From the NCBI GenBank assembly GCA_965261735.1, contig OZ253470.1, positions 1,088,001 to 1,152,000 on the forward strand: a stretch of DNA of 64,000 nucleotides. The letters run 5' to 3'. This stretch comes from Alphaproteobacteria bacterium. GTDB lineage: Bacteria; Pseudomonadota; Alphaproteobacteria; SHVV01. The notes beneath the pieces are model-generated. The model did not search any database. It worked only from the letters and a program-made list of their open reading frames with translations, and had not been told where the DNA came from. Position numbers and translations under genes: made by a program. Position 1 is the first letter of the stretch, and each line of letters starts with the position of its first letter. Shown here one piece after another: positions 30,896 through 40,768 of the stretch.

Positions 30896-31564
30896 CTAGG
30901 TCACGGCACCGGCAGGGCGAGGCGCGGGTTGGGCCGCGGCGCCGGCGGCCGGCAGCGCCGCCAGGAGCTCGTCGCGATCGAGAACATCGGCGTACTTCTG
31001 CTCGATATCGAACAGGTTGGCCTCGTGCGGTGCGAGCGCCCGGTCGCCGACGCAGTCGCGCACGACGATGGGCCGGAAGCCGAACGACATGGCATCGACC
31101 ACGCTCGAGCGGATGCAGCCGCTGGTCGTGCAGCCGGCCATCACGACCGTATCGACGCGGCGCTCCACCAGCCACGCCGTGAGGTCGGTGCCGAAGAACG
31201 CCGAGGGCAGTCGCTTGCGCACGATCAGCTCGCCCGGCCGCCGCGCCAGTTCGGGGACGACCTGGCTGTAGGGGTGGTCCTCGGTGAGCGCGAGCAGACC
31301 GGGGACCTTGGCGCAAAAGACGTTGCGGTCGCTGCCGTCCTGGGCGAACACGTAGCGCGAGAAGGCGACCGGCCAGCTCGCGTCGCGCGCGGCCGCGAGG
31401 AGTGCCACCGTGCGCTCGACGGCGGGCCCGATGTTGCCGCCGCCGAAGACGTCCGGGTCATTGAAGCTGTTGAGAAAATCGACGATAAGCAGGGCCGGGC
31501 GCTGCCCCATGCCGATAGTGTTGCCGAAATTCTGCCGGCGATAGATCGAGGCGTCGTCGTTCAT
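30896..31564 (-). CDS. Isochorismatase-family cysteine hydrolase (N-carbamoylsarcosine amidase/maleamate amidohydrolase-like)
   Basis: ALLIVDF, KRLPSAFFGT and GCTTSGCIR (Asp-Lys-Cys triad). Confidence 0.9.
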   Translation of the reverse strand: MNDDASIYRRQNFGNTIGMGQRPALLIVDFLNSFNDPDVFGGGNIGPAVERTVALLAAARDASWPVAFSRYVFAQDGSDRNVFCAKVPGLLALTEDHPYSQVVPELARRPGELIVRKRLPSAFFGTDLTAWLVERRVDTVVMAGCTTSGCIRSSVVDAMSFGFRPIVVRDCVGDRALAPHEANLFDIEQKYADVLDRDELLAALPAAGAAAQPAPRPAGAVT

Positions 31565-31704
31565 GGCTCGCTCCCTCCGGCGGCTAACCTATGCGCAAGG
31601 TCCGGTGCCGACAAGGCCGCCGGCGGTGGTCGTGGCCACTGCGCCTATGGTATCTTCGCGCACCTCGAACGGCACTCGACAAAAGAACGTACAAGGAGGA
31701 TCGC

Positions 31705-32865
31705 ATGACCCTCGCGCGCACGACCCGGGACGATGCGACCGGTCTCGGCTTTGACACCACCCGCGCCCCTCTACGGCGCGCCCGCCACGTGCCGGGCTAC
31801 ATCTACGACTCGCCCGAGGTCTACGCGCTCGAAAAAGAGCACATGTTCATGAAAGACTGGCTGTGCGTTGCCCGCGCCGAGGAAATCCGGAACCCGGGCG
31901 ACTACATGACCTTACGGATCATGGACGAGCCCGTGATCGTCGCCCGCGATCAGGCCGGCACGCTCAACGCGTTTTCCAACGTCTGCGCCCACCGCGGCGT
32001 CGAGGTCGCGATCGGCGCCGGCAACACCAAGCAGTTCAGCTGCCCCTATCACGGCTGGAGCTACGACCTCACCGGCAAGCTCGTCGGTGCCGCCTATATG
32101 CAGGAGGCGCAGGGTTTCGATCCCGCGCAATGTCGCCTCAGCCCGATCCGGCTCGACGTCTGGCGCGGCAACGTCTTCGTCACCTTCGATTCGGGCGCGC
32201 CGCCACTCGACGAGTTCCTCGCCGACTTCGAGCGCGACTTCGGGATCTTGCGCCAGGAGGACACGCGCCTCGCTTACCGCCTCAATATCGATCTCGATTG
32301 CAACTGGAAATTCATCTACGAGAACTTCCTCGACGCCTATCACGTCCATACGCTCCACGGCAAAACCATCGGTACCGACTACGATGTTAGCGAAGAGGGC
32401 TTTCATCTGCGCGAGCAGGGCGGCTTCGCCTCGACCTACAGCACCCCGACCCAATCCCCCGACGGGCGCGCTCTGTTCGGCCTCATCCCGTGGCTCGCGG
32501 ACCGCGGCGAGCGCTTCGCCATGAACGGATTCATGGCGCCGAACGTGCTGATCTTCGCGCGCGCCGACAACAGCCGCGTCTACACTTCCTGGCCGATCGC
32601 GCCGGACAAGTGCCGGATCTCGACATGCCATCTCGTGCCGGAGTCGTTCTTCGAGCAGCCCGACTACGAGGAAAAGATCAAGGTCTACCGCGACTACAAC
32701 GTCGAGGTCCTCGAGGAAGACCGCTCGATGCTCGCATCGATGCAGAAGGCCATGGGCTCGCGCCGCTATGCGCCGGGCCCGATGTCAAAGCTGGAGGGCG
32801 GCATCTACCACGTGATCAACAACCACCTCGACCGCATCTTCGGTCCCGAGCAATTTCATAAATAA
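31705..32865 (+). CDS. Rieske non-heme iron oxygenase alpha subunit
   Basis: CAHRG...CPYHGW, NFLDAYHVHTLH and EEDR. AAGGAGG RBS. Confidence 0.93.
   Translation: MTLARTTRDDATGLGFDTTRAPLRRARHVPGYIYDSPEVYALEKEHMFMKDWLCVARAEEIRNPGDYMTLRIMDEPVIVARDQAGTLNAFSNVCAHRGVEVAIGAGNTKQFSCPYHGWSYDLTGKLVGAAYMQEAQGFDPAQCRLSPIRLDVWRGNVFVTFDSGAPPLDEFLADFERDFGILRQEDTRLAYRLNIDLDCNWKFIYENFLDAYHVHTLHGKTIGTDYDVSEEGFHLREQGGFASTYSTPTQSPDGRALFGLIPWLADRGERFAMNGFMAPNVLIFARADNSRVYTSWPIAPDKCRISTCHLVPESFFEQPDYEEKIKVYRDYNVEVLEEDRSMLASMQKAMGSRRYAPGPMSKLEGGIYHVINNHLDRIFGPEQFHK
32805..32852 (+). repeat. 48-bp direct repeat, left copy (Rieske gene 3' end)
   Basis: CTACCACGTGATCAACAACCACCTCGACCGCATCTTCGGTCCCGAGCA, repeated at 34554-34602. 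Confidence 0.92.
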
Positions 32866-32886
32866 TAACAGTTGATTACGCCGAAC

Positions 32887-33991
32887 CTTTCCTATCCGGT
32901 TTACACCCACACCCACTAGGGCTAGAATGGGCGCAACCCGGATATAGGGGAGCGCGCCATGGATGTTCTCGACCGCGCCGATCTCCCATTCCCGCATTCG
33001 CTACCCGAGTTCCAGCGACTTTTCCCCGATGATGCGGCCTGCGCCGCCTACCTGGAGAAAGCCCGCTGGGGAGACGGCTTTGCCTGCCCGCACTGCGGCA
33101 CGGCGGGAGAGCCGTTCCACTTTGAAAACCGCCCTGGCGTCCTGCGCTGCCGCAAGTGCCGCCAGAACACCGGGCTGACGGTGGGAACAGTGATGGAGCG
33201 TAGCCACACTCCGCTGAACGTCTGGTTCTGGGCCGCTTATCTGGTCGCCAGTCAGACGCCCGGCATGTCCGCCGTGCAGTTTCAGCGGCAACTTGGTCTT
33301 TCGCGCTACGAGACGGCCTTTCAAATTCTCCACAAGCTCCGCTCGGGCATGGTGCGGCCCAACCAAGACAGGATCGGTGGACAGCCCAAGAACCATGTTG
33401 AGGTGGACGAAACCTGGGTTGGCGGGCGAACGCGTGGGGAAGGCCGTGGTGTTCACCACAAGGTTCCCGTCTCCTGTGCCATCGAGGTGCGTCATCGAAA
33501 GCCGGGCACCAAGCTCGACAACCGGAAAGACGGACGCTATGCCGGACGCGTTCGGCTCGCCGTCGTGCTCGACCGTAGCGCCGAGTCGCTCTGTGGGTTC
33601 GTCGAGAGCACCGTCGCGCCGCGATCGCTGACCGTTACTGACGATTGGAGCGGCTATGCTGGCCTCGGTAAGCGCGGCTATGAGCACTTCGCTGTTGCCG
33701 AGCGTGGTGATCCAGAGGTTGCCGAGCAATACCTGCCGATCATCCATCTGGTTTTCGCCAACCTGAAGACGTGGCTGATCGGTATCCACCACGGCGTTAG
33801 CCACCAGCACCTACAAGCCTACCTCAACGAGTTCACCTTCCGCTTCAACAGGCCGTTCTACCCGTTCAACGCCTTCCGCTCATTGCTCGGCATCGCGGGC
33901 GACACCTCTGCTCCAACCTATGCCGAGCTTTACTCGGGAGAGTGGTGGCACCCTACATGTAGCGGTCATGGGCGTTAACCGGATAGGCAAG
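32887..33991 (+). mobile_element. IS1595 ISSod11-like copy D, no TSD
   Basis: 1105 bp. Left TIR CTTTCCTATC has one substitution. Flanks CGCCGAAC and GACTTAAG differ. Confidence 0.96.
32959..33978 (+). CDS. IS1595 family transposase
   Basis: 339 aa with a few private substitutions, e.g. FNRPF. Confidence 0.96.
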   Translation: MDVLDRADLPFPHSLPEFQRLFPDDAACAAYLEKARWGDGFACPHCGTAGEPFHFENRPGVLRCRKCRQNTGLTVGTVMERSHTPLNVWFWAAYLVASQTPGMSAVQFQRQLGLSRYETAFQILHKLRSGMVRPNQDRIGGQPKNHVEVDETWVGGRTRGEGRGVHHKVPVSCAIEVRHRKPGTKLDNRKDGRYAGRVRLAVVLDRSAESLCGFVESTVAPRSLTVTDDWSGYAGLGKRGYEHFAVAERGDPEVAEQYLPIIHLVFANLKTWLIGIHHGVSHQHLQAYLNEFTFRFNRPFYPFNAFRSLLGIAGDTSAPTYAELYSGEWWHPTCSGHGR

Positions 33992-34046
33992 GACTTAAGT
34001 TGGGCGATTTTCCACCCAATTTTCGCCCAACATTTTTTTCTTAGGG

Positions 34047-34553
34047 CTAGAAGGGCACACCCTGGCGTTGGATACGTCCTAACTGCCTGCGGATCGTCTC
34101 GGCTATTTTCTCTGCGCTCGGCGTAAGGTTCTCAACGTCGAGTTCCTCTTTCGCGATCTGCCTCGTGACCTCGGTGATTGGGAGATTGGGTGCACCAGCT
34201 CGTATCCCAACCGCCCGGGCACACCTTTTCGCAATGGTTTCCCTGGTTGCTGCCTTCTTCCAAAGATGCTCGATGGCCGCCCTTACGTTCGCTGGCAGCG
34301 CGCTAAGTTGCGATATAGGGTCCAGGGCGCCAACCCCAGCCACGTGGGCAGAGTCGGACCACAACGCGTTCGTGAGAGCAGCAATTTCGTTCGCTCTAAA
34401 CGCTACCTCCTCATACTCCCGCATGGCATATCCGGGCGCCAAGAAATCTGTCCACTGGTTGTCAACGACCGGTTGGGCACCGCCGGTCTTGCCTAGCAGA
34501 TATGGCGCGGTTTTCGTAGAGTAGGGGTAAACGGGCGCGGAACCGTTCGAGTC
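34047..34553 (-). pseudogene. Lower-GC hypothetical gene fragment, 5'-truncated
   Basis: The frame stays open upstream of 34442 up to the repeat boundary at 34553. Composition differs from the flanking genes. Confidence 0.5.
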
Positions 34554-34621
34554 CTACCACGTGGTCAACAACCACCTCGACCGCATCTTTCGGTCCCGAG
34601 CACGCGGCAGCGGCCGAGTAG
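34554..34621 (+). repeat. Right copy of the 48-bp repeat plus probable original Rieske C-terminus (PEHAAAAE*)
   Basis: One mismatch and one extra T relative to 32805-32852, followed by CGCGGCAGCGGCCGAGTAG. Confidence 0.88.
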
Positions 34622-34626
34622 GGATC

Positions 34627-35319
34627 CTAGGCGCGCGCGGTCGCGGTGGTCGGGACGCCGTCGTCGTCGGTTGCGCTGCCGGCCACGGCCTGGCGGCTGA
34701 TGTTCCACGCGAGGGTGATGCGCGGGCGCTGCCCGACATAGGGGTTGACGCAGTGCACGACCTCGGCCGGCCAGATCAACATGGTGCCGGCCGCCTGCGG
34801 CAGTATGAGCGGCGTCGTCATCACGCCCTTCTGCTCGCCGCAGCAGGCATCGAGGCGCGGATCGACGATGGTGAGCTTGCCGCTCACGGGATCGTCGGCA
34901 TCCGGATCGCCGGGGTCGAGGCAGTAGACAACGCTGGCGACCGAGCGGCGGTGGGCGTGGGGCGCCACGTAGTCGCCGGCGCGATAGACGTTGGCCCAGC
35001 TTAGATCGATGGCGGCCTGGGGGCTGCCCAGGGTCTGCTTGAACAGGGCGATGGCACGGGCGTTGATCAGGTCGGCCTCGGGGCACTTCCATTGGTCGAG
35101 ATGGTGCACCTTGCGCCCGCCGAGCGCCCGCGACTCCGGCCGGTCGTCACCCCACTTCAGCGCCTCGAGCTCGAGCACCTTGGCGATCAGGGCCGGATGG
35201 TACTCGCCGATATCGCCGAACGTCGTCCAGCGAATGCTCACGTCGAGAGGCCGGAGCTTCTGGCCCGGCGGCCACACCGCGATCCGGCGCGGGCCGAGAG
35301 TGACCACGTCCGTCGCCAC
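34627..35319 (-). CDS. Putative 2OG-Fe(II) oxygenase (TIGR02466-like)
   Basis: SWANVY...PHAH, SVVY, DPR, IWPAEVVHCVNP and RITLAWN. Confidence 0.8.
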   Translation of the reverse strand: MATDVVTLGPRRIAVWPPGQKLRPLDVSIRWTTFGDIGEYHPALIAKVLELEALKWGDDRPESRALGGRKVHHLDQWKCPEADLINARAIALFKQTLGSPQAAIDLSWANVYRAGDYVAPHAHRRSVASVVYCLDPGDPDADDPVSGKLTIVDPRLDACCGEQKGVMTTPLILPQAAGTMLIWPAEVVHCVNPYVGQRPRITLAWNISRQAVAGSATDDDGVPTTATARA

Positions 35320-35327
35320 GGAGAGCC

Positions 35328-35543
35328 CTATTGCTGACCGCTGCGCCGGGCCTCGCGCTCGGTCCGGCGGAACAGCTCGTCCCATTCCGCCTGGCGATTG
35401 GCGCGCTCGCGCGCGACACACTTGTCGAATTCCGCCGAGGTCGCCTTGATCCCGGCTTCCAGGCAGCGGCTCTCGTCGAGTGACCCGGCGGAACAGCCGG
35501 CGAGGGCGAGGGGCAAGACGATCGCGAGTGAACGAAAAAGCAT
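35328..35543 (-). CDS. Small lipoprotein
   Basis: AGGAG RBS, lipobox LAGC and two further Cys. Confidence 0.7.
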   Translation of the reverse strand: MLFRSLAIVLPLALAGCSAGSLDESRCLEAGIKATSAEFDKCVARERANRQAEWDELFRRTEREARRSGQQ

Positions 35544-35569
35544 GGAAACTCCTGCTTTGCCCCTCCGGC

Positions 35570-36703
35570 TCAGGTGTCGACGGCATTGCTGATGACCAGG
35601 CGCTGGACATCGCTGGTGCCCTCGTAAATCTGGCACACCCGGACATCGCGGTAAATCCGCTCGACGGGGAAGTCGGCGAGGTAACCGTAGCCACCGTGAA
35701 TCTGGATCGCGGCCGAGCACACGCGCTCGGCCATTTCGGATGCGAACAGCTTGGCCATGGACGCCTCCTTGAGGCACGGCGCGCCGGCATCGCGTAGTGT
35801 CGCGGCGTGGAGCACGAGCTGGCGCGCCGCCTCGATCTGGGTGGCCATGTCGGCGAGGCGAAACGCCACCGCCTGGTGTTTGAGGATCGCCTTGCCGAAG
35901 GCCTCGCGCTCCTTGGCGTAGTCGAGCGCCGCCGCGTACGCGGCGCGCGCCATGCCGATGGCCTGGGCGCCGATCCCGATGCGGCCGCCCTCGAGATGGG
36001 CGAGCGCGATGCGGTAACCCTCGCCGGGCTCGCCGAGCATCAAATCGGGCATGAGCTCCACATCCTCGAGCGCGATCTGGCACAGATCGGAGGCCCGCTG
36101 GCCGAGCTTGCTCTCGCGCCGGGCGACGCGATAGCCGTCGCTGTCGGTTGGGACGATGAACGCGCTGATGCCCTTCTTGCCGGCCGCCGCATCGGTCACG
36201 GCGAAGACGATGCCGACGTCGGCGTGGGCGCCCGAGGTGACGAACTGCTTGGTGCCGCTGAGGACATACTTGTTGCCGGCAGCACGCGCGACGGTGCGGA
36301 TGGCGGCGGCATCGGATCCGGCGCCGGGTTCGCTGAGGCAGAACGCGCCGAGTTTCTCCCCGCGCGCCAGGGGTTTGAGGAAACGCTCCCTCTGCTCGTC
36401 GGTTCCTTCCGCCAGCAGCGCCGTGCACACGGGCGAGTTGTTGACACCCATGATGGTCGAGCAGGCGCCGTCGCCGGCGGCGATCTCCTCCATCGTCAAC
36501 GCGTAGGTGACGAAGTCGGCGCCGGCGCCGCCCCATTCTTGCGGTACCAGCATGCCCATGAGACCGAGCTCGCCGAGCTTGGCCACGGCCTCGGCCGGGA
36601 AGCGCACCTCGCGATCCCACTCGGCCGCATGGGGCGCGAGCTCAGCCGTAGCGAAATCGCGCGCCATGTCGCGCGCAAGGCGCTGTTCCTCGCCCGGGAT
36701 CAT
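35570..36703 (-). CDS. Acyl-CoA dehydrogenase
   Basis: [35 protein letters not shown] and IYEGTS. Confidence 0.94.
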   Translation of the reverse strand: MIPGEEQRLARDMARDFATAELAPHAAEWDREVRFPAEAVAKLGELGLMGMLVPQEWGGAGADFVTYALTMEEIAAGDGACSTIMGVNNSPVCTALLAEGTDEQRERFLKPLARGEKLGAFCLSEPGAGSDAAAIRTVARAAGNKYVLSGTKQFVTSGAHADVGIVFAVTDAAAGKKGISAFIVPTDSDGYRVARRESKLGQRASDLCQIALEDVELMPDLMLGEPGEGYRIALAHLEGGRIGIGAQAIGMARAAYAAALDYAKEREAFGKAILKHQAVAFRLADMATQIEAARQLVLHAATLRDAGAPCLKEASMAKLFASEMAERVCSAAIQIHGGYGYLADFPVERIYRDVRVCQIYEGTSDVQRLVISNAVDT

Positions 36704-36788
36704 GCCGGGCTCACCAACCCGCTGTGTGAGAGGCGCCCATCCCGCTACCATACAACATCCGCGCCGCCGCTAACCTTGGAGAGGCCCG

Positions 36789-37598
36789 ATGAGCGAGACT
36801 TACGCCGGCTACGAGACCCTGCTGTTCGACCGCCCGGCGCCGCGCGTGCTGCGCATCACCATGAACCGGCCCGACCGCCTCAATGCGACGAGTTCGCGCA
36901 TGCACGGCGAGCTCGTCGAGGTATGGCGCGACGTCGACCGTGACGACAGCGTCAACGCGGCGATCCTGTGCGGGGCGGGGCGCGGCTTCTCGGCCGGCGG
37001 CGACCGCGAGTGGGTGGCCGAGCTGGCGCGCGACTTCGCGGTGCGGGCGCGTGCCTGGCGCGAGGCGCGCGACCTCGTCTACAACATCGTCAACTGCTCG
37101 AAGCCCATCGTCTCGGCGATCCACGGGCCAGCGGTCGGCGCGGGCCTCGCCGCCGGGCTCCTGGCCGACGTCTCGATCGTCGCGCGCGGCGCCCGGCTCA
37201 TCGACGGCCATACCAAGCTCGGCGTCGCCGCTGGCGATCACGCGGCGATTATCTGGCCCCTGCTGTGCGGCATGGCCAAGGCCAAGTACTACCTGCTGCT
37301 GTGCGACGAGCTCTCGGGCGCGGAAGCCGAGCGCATCGGGCTCGTTTCGCTGTGCGTCGATGACGAGGCGCTCCAGGACAAAGCGGTCGAGGTCGCGGGC
37401 CGCCTCGCCACCGGAGCCCCGGCCGCCATCCGCTGGACCAAATACGCGCTCAACAACTGGCTGCGCGCCGCAGGCCCCATCTTCGATACCTCGACCGCGC
37501 TCGAGTTCCTCAACTTCACCGGCCCCGACGTGCACGAGGGCCTCGCGGCGCTGGCCGAAAAGCGCGAACCGGCCTTCGATCCGGAGGGCGCGGCTTAG
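36789..37598 (+). CDS. Enoyl-CoA hydratase/isomerase family protein
   Basis: [21 protein letters not shown] and [13 protein letters not shown]. Confidence 0.92.
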   Translation: MSETYAGYETLLFDRPAPRVLRITMNRPDRLNATSSRMHGELVEVWRDVDRDDSVNAAILCGAGRGFSAGGDREWVAELARDFAVRARAWREARDLVYNIVNCSKPIVSAIHGPAVGAGLAAGLLADVSIVARGARLIDGHTKLGVAAGDHAAIIWPLLCGMAKAKYYLLLCDELSGAEAERIGLVSLCVDDEALQDKAVEVAGRLATGAPAAIRWTKYALNNWLRAAGPIFDTSTALEFLNFTGPDVHEGLAALAEKREPAFDPEGAA

Positions 37599-37621
37599 CC
37601 CCTCAACCGGGGTCACCTGAA

Positions 37622-38900
37622 GTGGACGACGACGCGTTCCTAGCCTTCCGGCGGCAAACCTACGCGCAGCTGCGCCGGGCGTCGGACCGCGTGCGCAACG
37701 AGTTCATCCCCGACTTCGCCGCCCGAGGCGCACCGACCCGCGAGGCGTTCTACGCCATCAACCGCGGCTATTTCGTGGACGACGTGTTGCGCGGCCAGAT
37801 GGTCAGCGAGAGCGACGCCAAGAGCTTCGCGGCCGACGGCGCCAAGGACCCGTTCTACGTCACCGCGCTCGATGACCTCGGCGGTCCGCCGGCCGGGCGC
37901 GGCAACGCCGGCGGGTTCGAGACACTGCATCCGCGCTTCGCGGAAGCCGTCGTCGCCCGGACCTTCGCCGCGCTGGACGCAGCCGGGCCCTTCGAGGACG
38001 AGGAGGCTTTCCTGCGGGTGCTCACCCTCGTCGACTTCCTGCTGCAAGTCGCCCACTTCGCGAAGGACGGCAGCGGGCGCAGCGGCGAGGACCTGCTGGT
38101 GCTGCTCGGCGAGCGCCATGGCACGCCGCTGACGTTCTCGATCACCGGCTACCGCGGTGCGATCGAGGGTCCGGGGCGGCTCATGTCGCTGCGCCACGCC
38201 ACCCAGAAGATCGCCCAAGTCGAGATCTCGCGAAACTTCTTCGGCTCCCTTGGCTTGAGCCCGCCCGAGGCGACGCCGACCCATATCCGCGACCTGCTCG
38301 AGAGCCTAGTGCGCGTCGGTCGAGCCGCGGGTTCGGGTACCCGCCAGGCGCGCTTGACTTGGCCCGACGGCCTCGGCGGCACCATCGAGGAGATCTTCGC
38401 TCCGCTGGCGCCGGGCGACGACGGGGGCGACCCCGACCTGGCGCGTACCCATCCCTACCGGCTCTACGCGAGTTTCCTCGCCCGGGAGGCGATCTACCTA
38501 ACGCTGTGCCTGGCGGAGCCCGAACGGCTCACGCCGGGCCTGTGCGCGCGCTACCCCCTGTCGATGGCCTGCCGCGCGCGCGACCTCCGGGGTGCCCGGC
38601 GCCATGCGTACCTGGCGGTCCCGGCCCGGGCGGCCGAGGCTGCCGACGAGGCGGTGGCGCGGCTCGAGCTTGTGCGCCGTGGGAAGCTCGCGCACGAGGA
38701 TGCCGAGTTGGCGCGGCTACTCGAGCAGCTCGCGCACCCGGCTCCCCGCCTGGCCGACCTCATCGCCGCTGAGCGTGACTTCGCGCCGCTGGAGGCACTG
38801 CTCGGCCGCCTCCGCCTGTCGGTCACGCCGGCGGTGACGGCGGAAGAGGTGCGGCAAGCTGTTCTCCGCGATCTCAAGATCGTGCCGGAGTCCGGCACCG
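37622..38900 (+). CDS. Hypothetical protein with a degenerate Fic-like motif; 3' end uncertain
   Basis: Coding-like codon usage to about 38890 and motif HFAKDGSGRSG. The ORF reads through into the next gene. Confidence 0.55.
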
Positions 38901-39053
38901 GTTTTGCACAAGGCGCGACTATCGACGAGCGAGCAACCGAAGTCACTCGCGGCAATCCGGCCGCGCGCAGAATTCCAGCGGGCCAAATCCTGAAGTGTTC
39001 CGAACCGGCCCGCGCTTGCCGGCGCGCGGCGATGCGCGCTACAACGAGCGGCG

Positions 39054-39541
39054 ATGGACCAGGGTGCTATCTTCGGCCTGCAGTTCCTGCTGAGCCTGAT
39101 CGTCTACGCTCTGATCGCGAGGTGGTTCGTGGCGCCCTGGCTCGCGGCAAAGCCCGTCGAGCAGGCGCTGGTGCCGCTCATCCTGCCGCACGCGTTCCGC
39201 CACATCGGGCTCACGTTCCTCGTGCCGGGCGTCGTCGCCGCGCCCCTGCCGCCTGCGTTCGCCAACCCCGCCGCCTACGGCGACCTCACCACCGCCGTGC
39301 TCGCCATCGTGGCGCTTGTCGCCCTCCGTGGACGTTGGACGGTGGCACTACCGCTGGTGTGGCTGTTCAACCTCGTCGGCACCGTGGACTTGCTCTACGC
39401 CGTGATAGGGGCTTCACGGTCGATGCGCAGCAGAACATGGGCGCGACCTGGTACATCCCGACCTTCATCGTCCCCCTGCTGCTGGTGACCCACGTCATGG
39501 TCTTCGCCCGCCTCCTGCGCCCAAAGTCGGCCACGCCCTAA
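39054..39541 (+). CDS. Uncharacterised membrane protein (same family as 24046-24642); 1-nt frameshift in the G run at 39408-39411
   Basis: TM helices, AAYGD and FNLVGTVD. C-terminus WYIPTFIVPLLLVTH lies in the adjacent frame. Confidence 0.8.
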
Positions 39542-39653
39542 TCTTGATCTCGCAAGAGGGCGCGGCGGCGACCGCACGGCACCGAAAAGGCGTCGAGCGA
39601 CCTGGAATTCCGATTCCAACGTACCCATGTTTTTGGGGGATTACAAAGAAACG

Positions 39654-39682
39654 TTGACATTATCTAGTCCAGCCCCTATATT
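39654..39682 (+). promoter_or_regulatory. Sigma70-type promoter of the transposase, with the -35 box at the inner edge of the left TIR
   Basis: TTGACA-17 bp-TATATT, about 20 bp upstream of the transposase start. Confidence 0.75.
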
Positions 39683-39700
39683 CAGAGTGTCGGGGGGAGA

Positions 39701-40675
39701 GTGGAAATGGCGAAGAATGCACCCGGAAAAGCCCATCGCGAGGGACTCACCGTCGTCGAACTGATGGACATGTTCCCGACCGAGGAAGCAGCGACTAAGT
39801 GGTTTGAATCCATCATCTGGCCGGATGGTCGCCATTGCCCAAAATGCGGCTCGGTCCGTACCCGCGAAGCCTCTCACAAGTATATGCCTTATTGGTGCAC
39901 CGATTGCCGCTCCTACTTCTCGGTGAAGACGGGAACCGCCATGCAGGCATCGAAAATCCCGATGCGGAAATGGGCGATTGCCATTTACCTGTGCCTGACT
40001 TCGCTCAAGTCGGTTTCGTCCATGAAGCTGAAGCGTGACATCGGCGTTTCGCAGCCGTCGGCGTGGTTCATGATGCAGCGCATTCGGGAAGCCTGGGGCG
40101 GGGAAGGCGAAGGCCCGTTCGATGGTCCGGTCGAGTTTGACGAAAGTTATTTCGGCGGAAAGCGCAAGAACAAGTCGAACGCCCAACGGGTCGAAGCCAC
40201 CGGGCGTGGCCCTGTGGACATGACGGCGGTGGTTGGCGCGAAGGACCGGGCGACGAACAAGGTCAACGCCCGCGTAATCAAGGACATCGACAAGGATACC
40301 CTGCAAGACTTTGTGGCCAAGAATGCCGAGCCTCACACCGTGGTTTACACCGACGACGCAGCGGCTTACGAGGGCATCCCCAACCCGCATGAAAGCGTCA
40401 AGCATTCGGTCTCCGAGTACGTTGACGGAATGGCCCACACCAACGGCATCGAATCCTTCTGGTCGATGCTGAAGCGCGCCCACAAGGGAACCTTCCATAA
40501 GATCAGCCCGAAACATCTGCAACGCTACGTCTCCGAGTTTGCTGGCAAGCACAACATCCGCGACTCAGGAACGCTTGCCCAAATGCACGATACCGTCGCC
40601 CGTCTCATCGGGCGCAACCTTCTCTACCGCGACCTGGTCGCCAGCAACGGGCTTTCGAATGCGAGCCGGTCGTAA
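39701..40675 (+). CDS. IS1595 family transposase (distinct from the multicopy IS)
   Basis: CPKC...CTDC, VEFDESYFGG, VYTDD, HTNGIESFWSMLKR and RYVSEF. Confidence 0.95.
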   Translation: MEMAKNAPGKAHREGLTVVELMDMFPTEEAATKWFESIIWPDGRHCPKCGSVRTREASHKYMPYWCTDCRSYFSVKTGTAMQASKIPMRKWAIAIYLCLTSLKSVSSMKLKRDIGVSQPSAWFMMQRIREAWGGEGEGPFDGPVEFDESYFGGKRKNKSNAQRVEATGRGPVDMTAVVGAKDRATNKVNARVIKDIDKDTLQDFVAKNAEPHTVVYTDDAAAYEGIPNPHESVKHSVSEYVDGMAHTNGIESFWSMLKRAHKGTFHKISPKHLQRYVSEFAGKHNIRDSGTLAQMHDTVARLIGRNLLYRDLVASNGLSNASRS

Positions 40676-40768
40676 CGGATCGACACGGCGAAACAGCGCG
40701 CGCACCAGCGTCTCGGGCGTCGCGCCAACCAAATCCACCTTCGGATCAAGCTTCGGCATGTATTTCAT
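40565..40768 (-). CDS. Small 67-aa protein antisense-overlapping the transposase 3' end
   Basis: ATGA overlap with the MTase-HNH stop and GGAGG RBS. Sequence MKYMPKLDPKVDLVGATPETLVRALFRR... Confidence 0.55.
   Translation of the reverse strand: MKYMPKLDPKVDLVGATPETLVRALFRRVDPLRPARIRKPVAGDQVAVEKVAPDETGDGIVHLGKRS

Noticed and set aside
34535-34560. GTTCGAGTCC...CCA resembling a tRNA T-arm
   Set aside because: No T-stem or acceptor-stem pairing and no cloverleaf; it lies in the truncated ORF at the repeat junction.
37622-39541. 639-aa fusion ORF
   Set aside because: Read-through across an intergenic region and out of frame over the membrane gene, rejoining its frame only through the 39408 indel.
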